Shown one piece after another: positions 1-10,552 of a stretch of DNA of 64,000 nucleotides. The stretch comes from an uncultured delta proteobacterium (GTDB taxonomy: Bacteria > Desulfobacterota > Syntrophorhabdia > Syntrophorhabdales > WCHB1-27): positions 192,001 through 256,000 of the forward strand of contig CAWEPK010000005.1 in the NCBI GenBank assembly GCA_963810935.1. Direction: 5' to 3'. The translations under genes and the position numbers were made by a program. A model generated the notes under the pieces. That model worked only from the letters and a program-made list of their open reading frames with translations. It did not search any database and was not told the DNA's origin. Within the stretch, counting starts at the first letter, position 1; the number at the start of each line of letters is the position of its first letter.

Positions 1-663
1 ATCCTGCTTGCGTCACGCTTATCGGGTCATCACAATTTCCTATACATGAAGAGCTATACGCTCTTCGTGCCGCTTCTCTTCACCTGTTTTTACGGTTTAC
101 AGCCTTCCTCTGATCGCTTCAAGCCCATATATGACAGGGCAAGGTATGTTCTGTCCGCTATTATTATCGTCGTCGGCCTCTCCTACGTCCACGGGTATTC
201 CGCCACCAGCACGTATGTCACAAACGACATGATGGAGCTGCACGCATACTCCCACAGCACTGATCTTACCAATGCCGTTTTTATGACGAGAGGGCCGGCG
301 GGCCTATCTCCCGAGCAGAGATACAGGCAATACATGCTCGACTTGCTGCTTTGTCCCATTATTGGCGCCAATGTACTCGATCAATGGATTGTGGTAGAAC
401 CCAAGTACCGGGACCAGCATTTCGAGAGACATTTCAGGAACCATGTATACTTGCTCTTAAGGAAAAGCGACCTTCCCTCCTGGCCGCCGGTAGAGCGAAA
501 AGCCGGAGAAAAGATCGTATGGCAGAACAACACATTTGCGATAATCGATACGGGCAGGTTGTTTCGGGACGCCTTCACGAATGAGAGAAGCGAGCCGGAC
601 TTGAAGGTTTTCTGGGAGACTATCGAGTTGTCCAGGTCGAATCCGAGGGGAGGAGGTCTGTAA
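1..663 (+). CDS. Membrane protein of the glycosylation locus, 5'-truncated by the window edge
   Basis: Frame is open from base 1 through ATG 46 to TAA 661-663; hydrophobic segments followed by a soluble C-terminal region. Confidence 0.6.
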   Translation: MLLASRLSGHHNFLYMKSYTLFVPLLFTCFYGLQPSSDRFKPIYDRARYVLSAIIIVVGLSYVHGYSATSTYVTNDMMELHAYSHSTDLTNAVFMTRGPAGLSPEQRYRQYMLDLLLCPIIGANVLDQWIVVEPKYRDQHFERHFRNHVYLLLRKSDLPSWPPVERKAGEKIVWQNNTFAIIDTGRLFRDAFTNERSEPDLKVFWETIELSRSNPRGGGL

Positions 664-666
664 GCA

Positions 667-2839
667 ATGACGCGGATAACGACAATTGTAAATGCGAAAA
701 TGGTCCTGGCCTGCGCCATCCTAGCCGCAGTCCTGTTGCTGCTCCTGCTCGTCTTCGGAGACAGGCTCGTGTACCGGCCGATAAAGCCGGTGAGCATAGA
801 GCATATCGATTACGATTCGAAGTCGGCCGACAGGACCCTGTCATCAGCAAAAGAATTCACCCGGCCGAGAAGGATTGTCGCGCGTGATATGGATATATCC
901 TTCAAAATGAAAATCTATTCCATCAGCCAATACGACGACGTCTTTCAGACCGGCCCGGGTAATGCAGGGGTGCGGATGGAAGTTTCAAGACCGGGTACGC
1001 TGGGGCTGATTGCGGGGAGGGCCATCAATACCTTCATTCTCACTGATTCCCTGGAACCGGGCAAGGAATACGAGGTAAATCTCAGAATACGGGGAGGGCG
1101 CGTCCATATAGCATTGAACGGTTTTGCGGTTTCCGCTACGTATTGGAAAGGCAGATACTTCAACGCATCGGACATAAAGGTTGGGACCGGATGGGGCGGG
1201 TCGAGGCCCTTCGACGGCCGCATCAGCGACTTCAAGGTCGCATACCGGCCCTTCAGATACCATAAGCACCTGGAGAAGACTATCGATTTCACGGAGGGGT
1301 TGCTTGGCGGGCTTATGCTTCTCCTGCTTGTTCTATATCTACGCCTGAGGACAAGAAAGAAACTATCCGAGTTATGGCGCGGTCTCGGCAGCGCCAGCTA
1401 CGTTTATTGCGCAGCTTTTGTCGTATGCTGCCTGGTTTTTCTAACTCCTGTCTTTCAGCACCTTCTCACGCCTCGCGTCTCTGTTCCCATGACCGTCGAC
1501 CCACAGTTCATGCTTCTCATCTTATCCTTGATTCTGCTCTCGGCCTTCTTAATGACGAAACGGATCGACCTCGCAAACACCCAGGCAAAGGCTCGCTTTA
1601 CAGCAACGGTAGTGATGTGCGGGTTCGTGGTATCATACCTGTTTCTCTATGTACAAGCCATTGTGTATGGAGCCGATATATCGGTTACAGCGATACTGCC
1701 CGTGGCCCATAGATTCGGAGATTTCATGGAGAATGGAGCCGCGTTGTCCAGGTACCAGCTCTACGCAGGGGCTCCCGGCCACGGGTATGAGATGAGAGGC
1801 GTCTTCAATCATTTCCCCGCGTCCTTTCTTCTCGTGGATCCATTCCTCCGGCAGCACCACAACGGACTTCTACAGTACATCATGCTGTTTTCCGTTTATT
1901 TCTTCTTTTACTCTTTCTTCAAGATGAGACGCATCGAGCTTACTTCAAGGGTTAAATACAGCCTGGTATTCTTATGTCTTTCTTTCCCCACCATGTTCAC
2001 TATCAGCACAGGCCATCCCGAGGGTATACTTTTCATACTCCTCTCCCTGTTCTTTCTCTTTTACTACAAGGATAGGCAAATCCTGGCTTCCCTCTACCTC
2101 GGACAGGCAATCGCCATGAAGCTGACTCCGGCAGTCTTTCTTATTCTCCTAGTCTCCGACAGGCGCTACAGGCAGTCTCCTCTGGACTCTCGGTTTTACA
2201 GCACTCCCGACCTTCGTGGCATTGATGGTACTTGACGGAGGCTTAAATGGCGGGCTTCTCAATTACTATCATCGTATGACGGCAAATTTGTCGGCGTGGA
2301 CAGACATTTCCGTTGTCCGCGGCGTCTCTACAGAGTACGGGAGCAGCCTCTTCTTCGCGCTCCGTACACTTTGGGGAAATTCTTTACCCCCGGTCGAGTC
2401 TCTCCTCCGTCCCTGGACGGCTTTTTCGCTTCTGATGTTCTCGGGGCTTTCCGTCTATGTCGTTGCCTACGAGAAAACGGCGTGGAAGAAAGTAATGCTC
2501 CTGACCATCGCCATGACTATATTGCCTTTTGTTTCCTTTGACTATAAGCTTACCCAGTTCTTCATACCCCTGTTCCTGTTCTTTGACGACGACCGGCCTG
2601 ACAAATATGCCGCGGCCTATCTCTTCCTGGTGGGCCTTCTGCTCGTTCCCAAACAGTATCTGGGCCTATGGATGCCTCCCGTTATCGACCCCTTCATAAT
2701 GATTTTCATCGGGGCGCTGGTTGTCGTCTCTCACGGACGGCTGAGCCTCGGTCCGCTTAAGGCTTTTCGGTTCAGGGCACGGTCCCAGGAAGCTGTAAGG
2801 GGCGAGAGCATGGCCGAATCGGTTGGGGGATCGCGCTAA
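667..2839 (+). CDS. GT87/DUF2029-like (GT-C) membrane glycosyltransferase with N-terminal LamG/ConA-like domain; apparent frameshift near 2176
   Basis: ORFs 667-2235 and 2216-2839 join into one polytopic protein; AIAMKLTPAVFL (GT87-like K-x-x-P), SFDYKL; PFDGRISDFKV resembles the end of a LamG fold. Confidence 0.65.
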
Positions 2840-2883
2840 GATTATCAACAGCATAAAGAAAATGAAGTAAGGAGACAAACAGC

Positions 2884-3441
2884 ATGAAGAAACCGGAGGA
2901 CGAGACGCGCGACTTGAAGAAACTCGAAATAGGGTGCGGGCAGAGACCCACGCCCGGCTATATTCACAACGATCTTAACCTGTTTCCCCATGTCGAGATC
3001 GTGGGGAACCCTTGGGAAATAACCATGGAGGAGGATTCGCTCGATGAGGTTCTCGCCCTTGGGTTAATAGAGCACCTGACATATTCACAAGTCGATCTCT
3101 GCTTTGCTAATACGCATCGTATGCTAAAGAGAGGCGGGCTGTTCTTTTTCGACGTACCCGATGCTACGGTTTGGTGCCGCTATCTGGTCGATTATATGGA
3201 CGGAACCCCCGTGCCGTTCTCCATCGAGCATGTTCTTTCGACCATCTGGGGATGGCAAAGATGGCCCGGCGACGAGCACAAGTCGGGATGGTACAAAGAG
3301 AAGCTTGTCGACGCTTTGCACCGCGCAAACTTCGATAAATTCGAATTTGGGGTTGGCATATTCCTTGAGCGCGGCATCAAAAGGCACCGGATGGAGTCTC
3401 CAAAAGATGCGCATTTTTATTGCCGCGCTGAAAAAACGTAG
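2884..3441 (+). CDS. Class I SAM-dependent methyltransferase
   Basis: LEIGCG motif I, IEHL; SD AAGGAG upstream. Confidence 0.8.
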   Translation: MKKPEDETRDLKKLEIGCGQRPTPGYIHNDLNLFPHVEIVGNPWEITMEEDSLDEVLALGLIEHLTYSQVDLCFANTHRMLKRGGLFFFDVPDATVWCRYLVDYMDGTPVPFSIEHVLSTIWGWQRWPGDEHKSGWYKEKLVDALHRANFDKFEFGVGIFLERGIKRHRMESPKDAHFYCRAEKT

Positions 3442-3462
3442 ACCTAAAAGGAAGCGGTAAGA

Positions 3463-4191
3463 ATGAAGGAACCTGTGTCGGTCATTATAAATGTTTACAA
3501 CGAGGCGGGCACGATCGAAGCCGAGATACTCGACATTTACAATAAGATACTTGCCCCCCTTCCCGGCTCGGAGCTTATCGTGGCGGAGGACGGAAGCACC
3601 GACGGCACGAAGGAGATCATCCAAAAGTACGTCCGGAAGCTGGGCATAGTGCATTCTACAGCCCCGGAGAGAAAGGGCTATACGAAGGCATTGAAGGACG
3701 CCTTTGCTCTCGTCAGGAACAAGTACATATTCTTTAGCGACACCGGCGGGAAGTTCGATTTCGACGATTTCTGGAAGCTCTACGAGGTCTGCGACAGATA
3801 CGAGCTGGTCATAGGAATACGCTCCGGCCGTACCGATCAACCCTATCGCAAATGCCTGACGGCTACTTACAATTTTCTCCTTAGAAAATATTTCGGGGTC
3901 GATCTCCGAGATGCGGACAGCGGTTTCCGGATATATGCAAGATCGATAACCGAGAAGCTATCGGGCGAGACATGGGTGAATAAACACCTCATCAGCTCCG
4001 AGCTCGCCCTGAGGACGATATACAGTGGAGGGGCGGTCGCGCAAATCCCGGTAACATACAGGCAGAGGGAAAGCGTCTCCCGCGGTCTGCCGCCTTCCAA
4101 GATACCGAGGGTTATAATTAATGTCGTACAAAATTTCCCCATGCTGAAGAAAATTTTGTCGTCGTCTTATCCGAGACTCTCTTTTTCATGA
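3463..4191 (+). CDS. GT2 glycosyltransferase, polyprenol-phosphate sugar synthase (DPM1/GtrB-like)
   Basis: VYNE, EDGSTDGT, KGY, DADSGFR motifs. Confidence 0.85.
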   Translation: MKEPVSVIINVYNEAGTIEAEILDIYNKILAPLPGSELIVAEDGSTDGTKEIIQKYVRKLGIVHSTAPERKGYTKALKDAFALVRNKYIFFSDTGGKFDFDDFWKLYEVCDRYELVIGIRSGRTDQPYRKCLTATYNFLLRKYFGVDLRDADSGFRIYARSITEKLSGETWVNKHLISSELALRTIYSGGAVAQIPVTYRQRESVSRGLPPSKIPRVIINVVQNFPMLKKILSSSYPRLSFS

Positions 4192-5252
4192 AGGATAGAC
4201 GCAGGAAGATGCACGCCGGCACCGGCGAAGGCAGAGCCGGACTGTTTCGGGGCCGTCAAATGGCGAAGCTGCAATTCTTCGCGGGTATCGCTGTCAGCCT
4301 TGCAATACTCGTTATTATCGTCTCCAGGATCGACCTCGGCACCATCCGCCTACCCCTGTCAAAGCTGAATCTCTGGTGGGTCCCCTCGATGATCCTGGTC
4401 TACTTTGCCGGATTCCTGGTGCGGGGCGCTCGAGCCCGCCTGCTCCTTTCCAGCCTCAAGACCGTAGGCTTCAGCGCTGCCACCGAGGGTGTTTTCGTAG
4501 GCTACTTGGGAAACACCGTGCTGCCTGCGAGGGCCGGAGAACTGGCCAGAGCATTCTTTGTCGGCAACAGGGAGTCGATGAGCAGGACAAGCGTGCTCGG
4601 GACCGTCATTGTGGAGCGGATATTCGACGGCTTTGTCATCCTCGCCATATTGGGCGCTACCCTGTTTTTTTGCCGGGGGGCAGGCAGATATCAAGTCGTG
4701 CGGCAAGTAATGGGCGCCGGCTCCATGCTTTTTGGCTTTCTTGCAGTTGCGGTCGTCTTCGGGGCAAGGCGGCGGTCCTGGTTTGAAAGCTCGATAATGA
4801 AGATTCTTTCCCGCCTCCCTGCGTCGGCGGCTGAAAGGAGCAAGTCATTAACGGTAAAATTGCTCGATTCGCTGGGTTCTTTAAAGAGCAGCCGGACCTT
4901 GATCGAAGTCCTTTTCCTTTCCGCGGCCATATGGTGTGTCGAGGGGTTCGTATTCCTGTTCGGGCTTTCGGCGTTCGGCCAGCCTGGATACTTCACAACG
5001 GCCTACCTCACCATGTCACTCGTCAACCTCGGGCTCATCCTGCCCAGCGCTCCCGCCGGCATAGGCATATTCCAGGCAGGCGTTGTGCTGGCATTTTCAG
5101 TCTTCGGGTTGTCTGCGGAATTAGCACTTGTCTATTCGCTGCTGATCCAGGCCGTCATGGTAGCAACGATTGTCTCCGTCGGGTTATTGATCCTCAATGT
5201 CCGCGGAATAACTTTGTCGAAAATACGCGAAACGCACGGGGAACAGGCGTGA
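4188..5252 (+). CDS. Lysylphosphatidylglycerol-synthase TM / UPF0104 flippase-like membrane protein (true start may be ATG 4260)
   Basis: NTVLPARAGELAR, ERIFD and PSAPAGIG motifs. Confidence 0.85.
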   Translation: MKDRRRKMHAGTGEGRAGLFRGRQMAKLQFFAGIAVSLAILVIIVSRIDLGTIRLPLSKLNLWWVPSMILVYFAGFLVRGARARLLLSSLKTVGFSAATEGVFVGYLGNTVLPARAGELARAFFVGNRESMSRTSVLGTVIVERIFDGFVILAILGATLFFCRGAGRYQVVRQVMGAGSMLFGFLAVAVVFGARRRSWFESSIMKILSRLPASAAERSKSLTVKLLDSLGSLKSSRTLIEVLFLSAAIWCVEGFVFLFGLSAFGQPGYFTTAYLTMSLVNLGLILPSAPAGIGIFQAGVVLAFSVFGLSAELALVYSLLIQAVMVATIVSVGLLILNVRGITLSKIRETHGEQA

Positions 5253-5499
5253 GCACAAACCGCGATAGACCATCAATTTTGGCCTGAAATACATCGCTTG
5301 TGATATACTTGAAGAGATTCCAACAGAATACTCAGAAAGGTAATCCCCGGTAATTAGTTATGATCCTTGATCAATTCTTCTCCAGGAAACGATCCGGGAA
5401 GAGGGGGAGACCCGGTTGGTCGCGATAAAATCGGAAAGCGTAAAATGAGCAACTGGAGCTGGCCATGGAAGAGATGCGCCGGTTCTTTGCAGGAGACAG

Positions 5500-5979
5500 A
5501 TGGTCAAAATAGATAACATCAACGGTTTATCCCTGTATGGAAAACACGGGATGAAAATAAGGTTCGTTGTTGTCGGAGTATGGAATACCGTGCTCGGATA
5601 CGGTTTATTCGTTCTCTTTGACCTGCTATTTGCCGGCATTTTTGAGACTCGTTATATGGCTTACATGACTGCCAACGTCCTTTCGAATGTTATCGCGGTC
5701 CTGAACGCATACATTTTTCACAAGTTCGTCACGTTCAGGGTCAGGACGAAGGGCAGATCAGCGATTATCGAATTCTTTCGCTTTTCCCTCACCTACGTGG
5801 GAACGTTTTTCCTAAGCATCCTGCTCCTTCCTTTATTTGTGGAATTCATCGGTCTGACCCCACGGCTGGCCGCGGCTGTCATTACCCTTATCTGCGTAAT
5901 CCTAAGTTACGTAGGCCACTCAAGATTCTCCTTTCGCAAGGCAGAGCGTGAAATCGCCCCGACGAGGCAAAAGACATGA
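5500..5979 (+). CDS. GtrA-family small flippase
   Basis: RFVVVGVWNT, four TM helices, HKFVTF, C-terminal FSF. Confidence 0.85.
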   Translation: MVKIDNINGLSLYGKHGMKIRFVVVGVWNTVLGYGLFVLFDLLFAGIFETRYMAYMTANVLSNVIAVLNAYIFHKFVTFRVRTKGRSAIIEFFRFSLTYVGTFFLSILLLPLFVEFIGLTPRLAAAVITLICVILSYVGHSRFSFRKAEREIAPTRQKT

Positions 5980-8393
5980 GAGAAGACTTTCCGGGAACCG
6001 GCAAGGTGGTGAGAGAGCTTCTATCCGATGCATCGCGGCGCAAGACCATTTTGGCGTTTCTTCAGCTCGTGCTGTCCGGCAGCGCGGCCGCCCTTCTGAT
6101 CTGGCATATGTTGACAGTTTTTAGGCGCGTGCCCCAAGAAATGGATTTCAACGCGTGGACCTATATTTTTCTTCATCCCCAAGAGAGCGCCCTATTCAAT
6201 TATCTGATCGTCGCCGCATCACTATCAGTCTGCTCGTTTATTTTTTACATCACGGGATTCACTGGATTCGTGCAAAAAACGCTCGAAAAGGTAAATGAGC
6301 TTCTCCTTGCCCTATCTTGCGTAGCATCCATGCTTCTTGTTGCAGTCGACATATCTATTAATGTCCTTAGCCTCCGTCCCGCCTTCTATCTTCTGGTCGC
6401 TCTATTACCGGTTGCCTTGCTCCTTGTGTCGCCGTTGGCCGGGTCCCAACGACGTTTCGCCCGGCTTCACCCGGCCATACCCCCGGCATGTCTCTGCCTC
6501 GTCCTCCTGGCTCTGCTTGCAGAGCCCCTTCTCCTCATGCACCGCCCCGTCTGCTTGATGAACGAGTATCAGGACCTGTACAGCGAGACGCTGATAGACA
6601 ACGTATATGTTAATAATAAAGACTTTCTGGCCCGAATCCCGAAGGACCCCGTCGACCTCGCTTTACTTCAAAAGCTGAAAAGCGAGTTTAAGGCAGACGG
6701 AATGAGGGCAATCAATGTAGCTTTCCTCAAATTGGAGATTCTCAGCTCCTTAAAGGAGCACTATGATCTCGAACGGCGAGTCAACGGGCCTTCCTCCTTG
6801 CCGGTTGATCGTCCGGCATCCGCCCACAGCCGTGGCCTGGATGCGGAAACTTTGCAAGCTTTCTGCCTCGCCAACCTTCTCGAATATCAACACCAGAACA
6901 TGGCCAGGGGCCAGATCAACCATATCGGGCATATACTTAATCCCCTGAATGAGTACAAGTTGGGGCGACCGCTCAAGAACATCTATATACAGTATGGCTT
7001 GGGCAACACTTTCCTCATGGATTGGGTCATGGACCTGTTCGGTGGTCTCTCTCTTCAAAGTTTTTATAAGTGCTACATCTTCTATCCGGTCTATGCGGTG
7101 CTCTTCCTTCTGATGCTTTACGTACTGTTCGGGGACAGTCTGTTCATGCTCGGCTCCTTCGTGGTTTATGCCCTTGCTTTCTTCACGACGGGTTTTACGG
7201 GCTTTGTTCTTGCCCCCGGTTTAATACCTTCGATCCATTTTTTTGACGTTATCGTCGTAACGCTCTTTGCCCTCTATCTACGACGGAGACATCCGGCATT
7301 TGCCTTCCTGGCGGCTCTGGCTTGTATTGCATCGTTGGTCGTGAATATCCTGTTCGGCGCCATGCTGTCCATTGCATTCGCACTGGCCATGGCCTTTTAT
7401 ATTATCGAAAACGTCGACAGGAAGAAAATGCTTTTAGGCCTCGCGAGTCTTCTATTCATGTTAGCCGCAGGCGTTGCCCTTGCCCGTATTTTACCCGCCA
7501 CGAGGTCCGGCGGCATCAAACACTTCTTTTACGGCTACTTTTCATGGGGGCCCTATTGGATCACCGTGGTACCCACCGTTTTTTATCTCGTTGTTTCCTA
7601 TTTGTTCATGCTCCTGCTCAAGAAAAGGAGAGACACTCTTAAATATCTTTACATATTCGCCTTCCTTTACAGCCAGGCGTTGCTCGTCTATTACTACTGG
7701 TCGGGCCTGATAAATCATTTCCCGACGGTCCTCCCGTTCATGGGCGTACAGTTTTTCCTCATGCTCTTGATTGCCTATAATTATGTGGTGAGCAAAAGAG
7801 AAGCGCTCGCGGGGCAATTGCGGACCGCCGTGACGCTTATGATCGTTCCGTTTTTTGCCATTATGCTCATCGGGGCCGGGATCTATTATTCGCAGAAGCA
7901 CGTATTTTATGAGAACTTCGTTAATCATCGGTTATACCATTGGCAGTTCCCGCGCGCAAACGTCACTACTACGATAGAGACATCCCCCGTAAAAGAAGCG
8001 GTCGGACTGATAGACGATTATGCGGGAGCCGATAAGGCAGTTTTTATCATTTCCAGGTACGATAATCTTTTGCCCTTCCTTGCCCGCCGGTACAGCGGCA
8101 TGCCCCAGTTCGAGATGCCTTACGCCCTTATTGCCGGCAAAGAGACTGTTGAGGCGATTGAAAGTATTCAAAAGAGCGCCCCGCGGTTCCTGTTCGTCGA
8201 TACCGATATCGATCTCAGGAATGTTCCCTTCGATCCATGGAATAAGTTATTCTTCAGCCAGTTTGACAAGAATGAAAGGATTTCTAGGTACGGAAGGTTG
8301 CTGGAGCTCCAGAAAATATTCAACTGTGTCAGGGACGGTTATGAAAAGGTGGCCGAAGGCCGCATCATAAGCGTGTATAAAAGGAAAATCTGA
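5976..8393 (+). CDS. Large polytopic membrane protein, probable GT-C-fold glycosyltransferase
   Basis: 805 aa, many TM helices; KNIYIQYG loop before the TM bundle; directly follows GtrA. Confidence 0.55.
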   Translation: MREDFPGTGKVVRELLSDASRRKTILAFLQLVLSGSAAALLIWHMLTVFRRVPQEMDFNAWTYIFLHPQESALFNYLIVAASLSVCSFIFYITGFTGFVQKTLEKVNELLLALSCVASMLLVAVDISINVLSLRPAFYLLVALLPVALLLVSPLAGSQRRFARLHPAIPPACLCLVLLALLAEPLLLMHRPVCLMNEYQDLYSETLIDNVYVNNKDFLARIPKDPVDLALLQKLKSEFKADGMRAINVAFLKLEILSSLKEHYDLERRVNGPSSLPVDRPASAHSRGLDAETLQAFCLANLLEYQHQNMARGQINHIGHILNPLNEYKLGRPLKNIYIQYGLGNTFLMDWVMDLFGGLSLQSFYKCYIFYPVYAVLFLLMLYVLFGDSLFMLGSFVVYALAFFTTGFTGFVLAPGLIPSIHFFDVIVVTLFALYLRRRHPAFAFLAALACIASLVVNILFGAMLSIAFALAMAFYIIENVDRKKMLLGLASLLFMLAAGVALARILPATRSGGIKHFFYGYFSWGPYWITVVPTVFYLVVSYLFMLLLKKRRDTLKYLYIFAFLYSQALLVYYYWSGLINHFPTVLPFMGVQFFLMLLIAYNYVVSKREALAGQLRTAVTLMIVPFFAIMLIGAGIYYSQKHVFYENFVNHRLYHWQFPRANVTTTIETSPVKEAVGLIDDYAGADKAVFIISRYDNLLPFLARRYSGMPQFEMPYALIAGKETVEAIESIQKSAPRFLFVDTDIDLRNVPFDPWNKLFFSQFDKNERISRYGRLLELQKIFNCVRDGYEKVAEGRIISVYKRKI

Positions 8394-8437
8394 TGCATAC
8401 CGGCAGGGCATCGAGAGGTCATGTTTAAGGCTACGGC

Positions 8438-8526
8438 TTGAAAAAGTATCTCCATAACGGCGTCATCTTCACCTAGGCGAATCAGCTATGGCGCGGGCTT
8501 TCGGGTATTTTCGCCCTCATCCTGAT
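8438..8526 (+). repeat. Degenerate direct-repeat copy of the first 89 nt of the wzx gene (10553-10641)
   Basis: 84/89 identical by manual alignment; CAG changed to TAG at codon 13. Confidence 0.95.
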
Positions 8527-8639
8527 AATAGAGATAACCTATCTTTCCATATCCACAATAAATTACCCTGCAAAATGTTCCGCCGTTCCGTTGAACAGAC
8601 CTCGCAAGGCAGTCACGAAGCTATAAGGAGGAAGACAGG

Positions 8640-9245
8640 GTGAGCTACGCAAGGGAACACATCGACGAGGCCATCGACATCCTTAAGAGAATCGATGAAG
8701 GCGCGATTGAGCGCGTGGCGGACATACTGGCCGGCGTCAAGGCGAACGGCGGCCGGCTGTTTTTCCTGGGTGTAGGAGGCGGCGCCGGCAACTGTTCCCA
8801 CGCCGTTAATGATTTCCGCAAGATCGCCGGCATCGAATCCTATGCGCCCACCGATAACGTGTCGGAGTTGACCGCGCGGACGAACGACGAAGGTTGGGCG
8901 TCAGTATTCGTCGAGTGGCTGAAAACGAGCAGGCTCTGCGAGCACGACGGGATCTTCGTCTTCTCCGTCGGCGGCGGCAATATTGAAAAGAGCATCAGCC
9001 CTAACCTTGTAACAGCGCTGCAATACGCAAGAGAGGTTGGGGCGAAGATTACCGGGGTCGTCGGACGCGACGGCGGTTACACAGCGCAGGTAGCCGACGC
9101 GTGCGTGATCGTGCCAACCGTGAACCAGGCGACCGTTACACCCCATTCGGAGTCGTTCCAGGCTGTCGTCTGGCACCTGCTCGTATCGCATCCCAAGCTC
9201 AAGGCAAACCAGACGAAATGGGAATCTACGTCCGGGGGACGATAA
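8640..9245 (+). CDS. gmhA: SIS-domain phosphoheptose isomerase (GmhA-like)
   Basis: GVGGGAGNCSHAVNDF, TARTNDEG, FSVGGG; SD AAGGAGG, GTG start. Confidence 0.8.
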   Translation: MSYAREHIDEAIDILKRIDEGAIERVADILAGVKANGGRLFFLGVGGGAGNCSHAVNDFRKIAGIESYAPTDNVSELTARTNDEGWASVFVEWLKTSRLCEHDGIFVFSVGGGNIEKSISPNLVTALQYAREVGAKITGVVGRDGGYTAQVADACVIVPTVNQATVTPHSESFQAVVWHLLVSHPKLKANQTKWESTSGGR

Positions 9246-9253
9246 GGCCGTAA

Positions 9254-10501
9254 ATGAAGCGCCGGGCGGTCTTTATCGACAGGGATGGGGTGCTCAACCG
9301 CGCCGTGGTGCGAGACGGCAGGCCCTATCCGCCCGCGAGCGACGGCGACGTTGAAATCCTCTCCGGCGTGCCGGAGTCCCTGCGAGCACTGAAAGCCGCT
9401 GGCTTCGTGCTGGTCGTCGTATCCAATCAACCGGATGTAGCCAGGGGCACAACGGCGCGGGCGACGGTTGAGGCAATCAACGCCCGGCTGGCCGGGCGTC
9501 TGCCTCTGGACCGCTTTATCATGTGTTACCACGACGCGGCGGACGGCTGCGAATGCCGCAAGCCCAAGCCGGGTATGCTCCTTGAGATGGCGCGGGAGTT
9601 CGACATTGAACTGAACGCCAGTTTCATGGTGGGCGACCGCTGGCGTGATATGGAGGCGGGCGCTGCCGCAGGATGCAAGACCGTTTTCATAGATTACGGC
9701 TACGACGAGCAACGCCCGCAGGTGTTCGACTATCGTGTTTTTTCTGCCGGCGAAGCTTTTAGCACTATTCTGGAGGATGTGAGAATGAAACGCGTTGAAG
9801 ACCTGAAAGTGAAGATATTTGCGGATGGGGCAGACAAAGCGGGCATGCTGCAGATGGCAGGCAAGCCTTACATCAAAGGCCTGACGACTAACCCGACCCT
9901 GATGCGCAAGGCAGGCGTTACGGACTACAGGGCTTTTGCCGTGGAGATCCTCGCGGGGATCAGGGAGAAGCCCATCTCCTTCGAGGTGTTCTCCGATGAA
10001 TTCAATGAGATGGAGCGTCAGGCGCTCGAGATCGCTGGCTGGGCCGACAATGTCTACGTGAAGGTCCCGGTCACCAACACTAGACAAGAGCCTGCCTATG
10101 CACTAATCAGGAGGCTGACGGCTTGCAAGGTCAAGGTAAATGTTACGGCCATTACTACGGTAGAGCAGGTGCGCGACATTGCGTCCGTTCTAGATCCGGC
10201 CGTTCCGAGCTATGTTTCTGTTTTCGCGGGCCGCGTTGCCGACACGGGCCGCGACCCGGTGCCCCTGATGGCCGCCTGCGTGGAAACGCTCAGGCCTGTG
10301 CCCGCTGCGGAGCTGATCTGGGCGAGCCCGAGGGAGCTGCTCAACATCTTTCAGGCGGACGCTATCGGCTGCCACGTCATCACGGTGACGAACGATATAT
10401 TAAAAAAACTTTCACTCGTCGGCCTCGACCTGACGGCCTATTCACTCGACACGGTGAGGATGTTCTTCAACGACGCTTCATCCGCCGGATACAAGCTTTG
10501 A
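9254..10501 (+). CDS. In-frame fusion: HAD heptose-bisphosphate phosphatase (GmhB) plus transaldolase (TalC/FSA family)
   Basis: DRDGVLN, SNQ, CYH...CECRKPKPGM, GDR then IFADGAD, GLTTNPTL, VYVKVP, SVFAGRVAD, WASPRE; no stop between domains. Confidence 0.85.
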   Translation: MKRRAVFIDRDGVLNRAVVRDGRPYPPASDGDVEILSGVPESLRALKAAGFVLVVVSNQPDVARGTTARATVEAINARLAGRLPLDRFIMCYHDAADGCECRKPKPGMLLEMAREFDIELNASFMVGDRWRDMEAGAAAGCKTVFIDYGYDEQRPQVFDYRVFSAGEAFSTILEDVRMKRVEDLKVKIFADGADKAGMLQMAGKPYIKGLTTNPTLMRKAGVTDYRAFAVEILAGIREKPISFEVFSDEFNEMERQALEIAGWADNVYVKVPVTNTRQEPAYALIRRLTACKVKVNVTAITTVEQVRDIASVLDPAVPSYVSVFAGRVADTGRDPVPLMAACVETLRPVPAAELIWASPRELLNIFQADAIGCHVITVTNDILKKLSLVGLDLTAYSLDTVRMFFNDASSAGYKL

Positions 10502-10552
10502 TGCGATGGCGGCAGGACGTGCCCGGAGTGGAGACATTTTGAAGGCCGTAGG

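Noticed and set aside
9077..10087. 336-aa minus-strand ORF (also 19716-20783, 23498-24466, 56963-58012)
   Set aside because: All lie antisense to well-supported genes and lack motifs.
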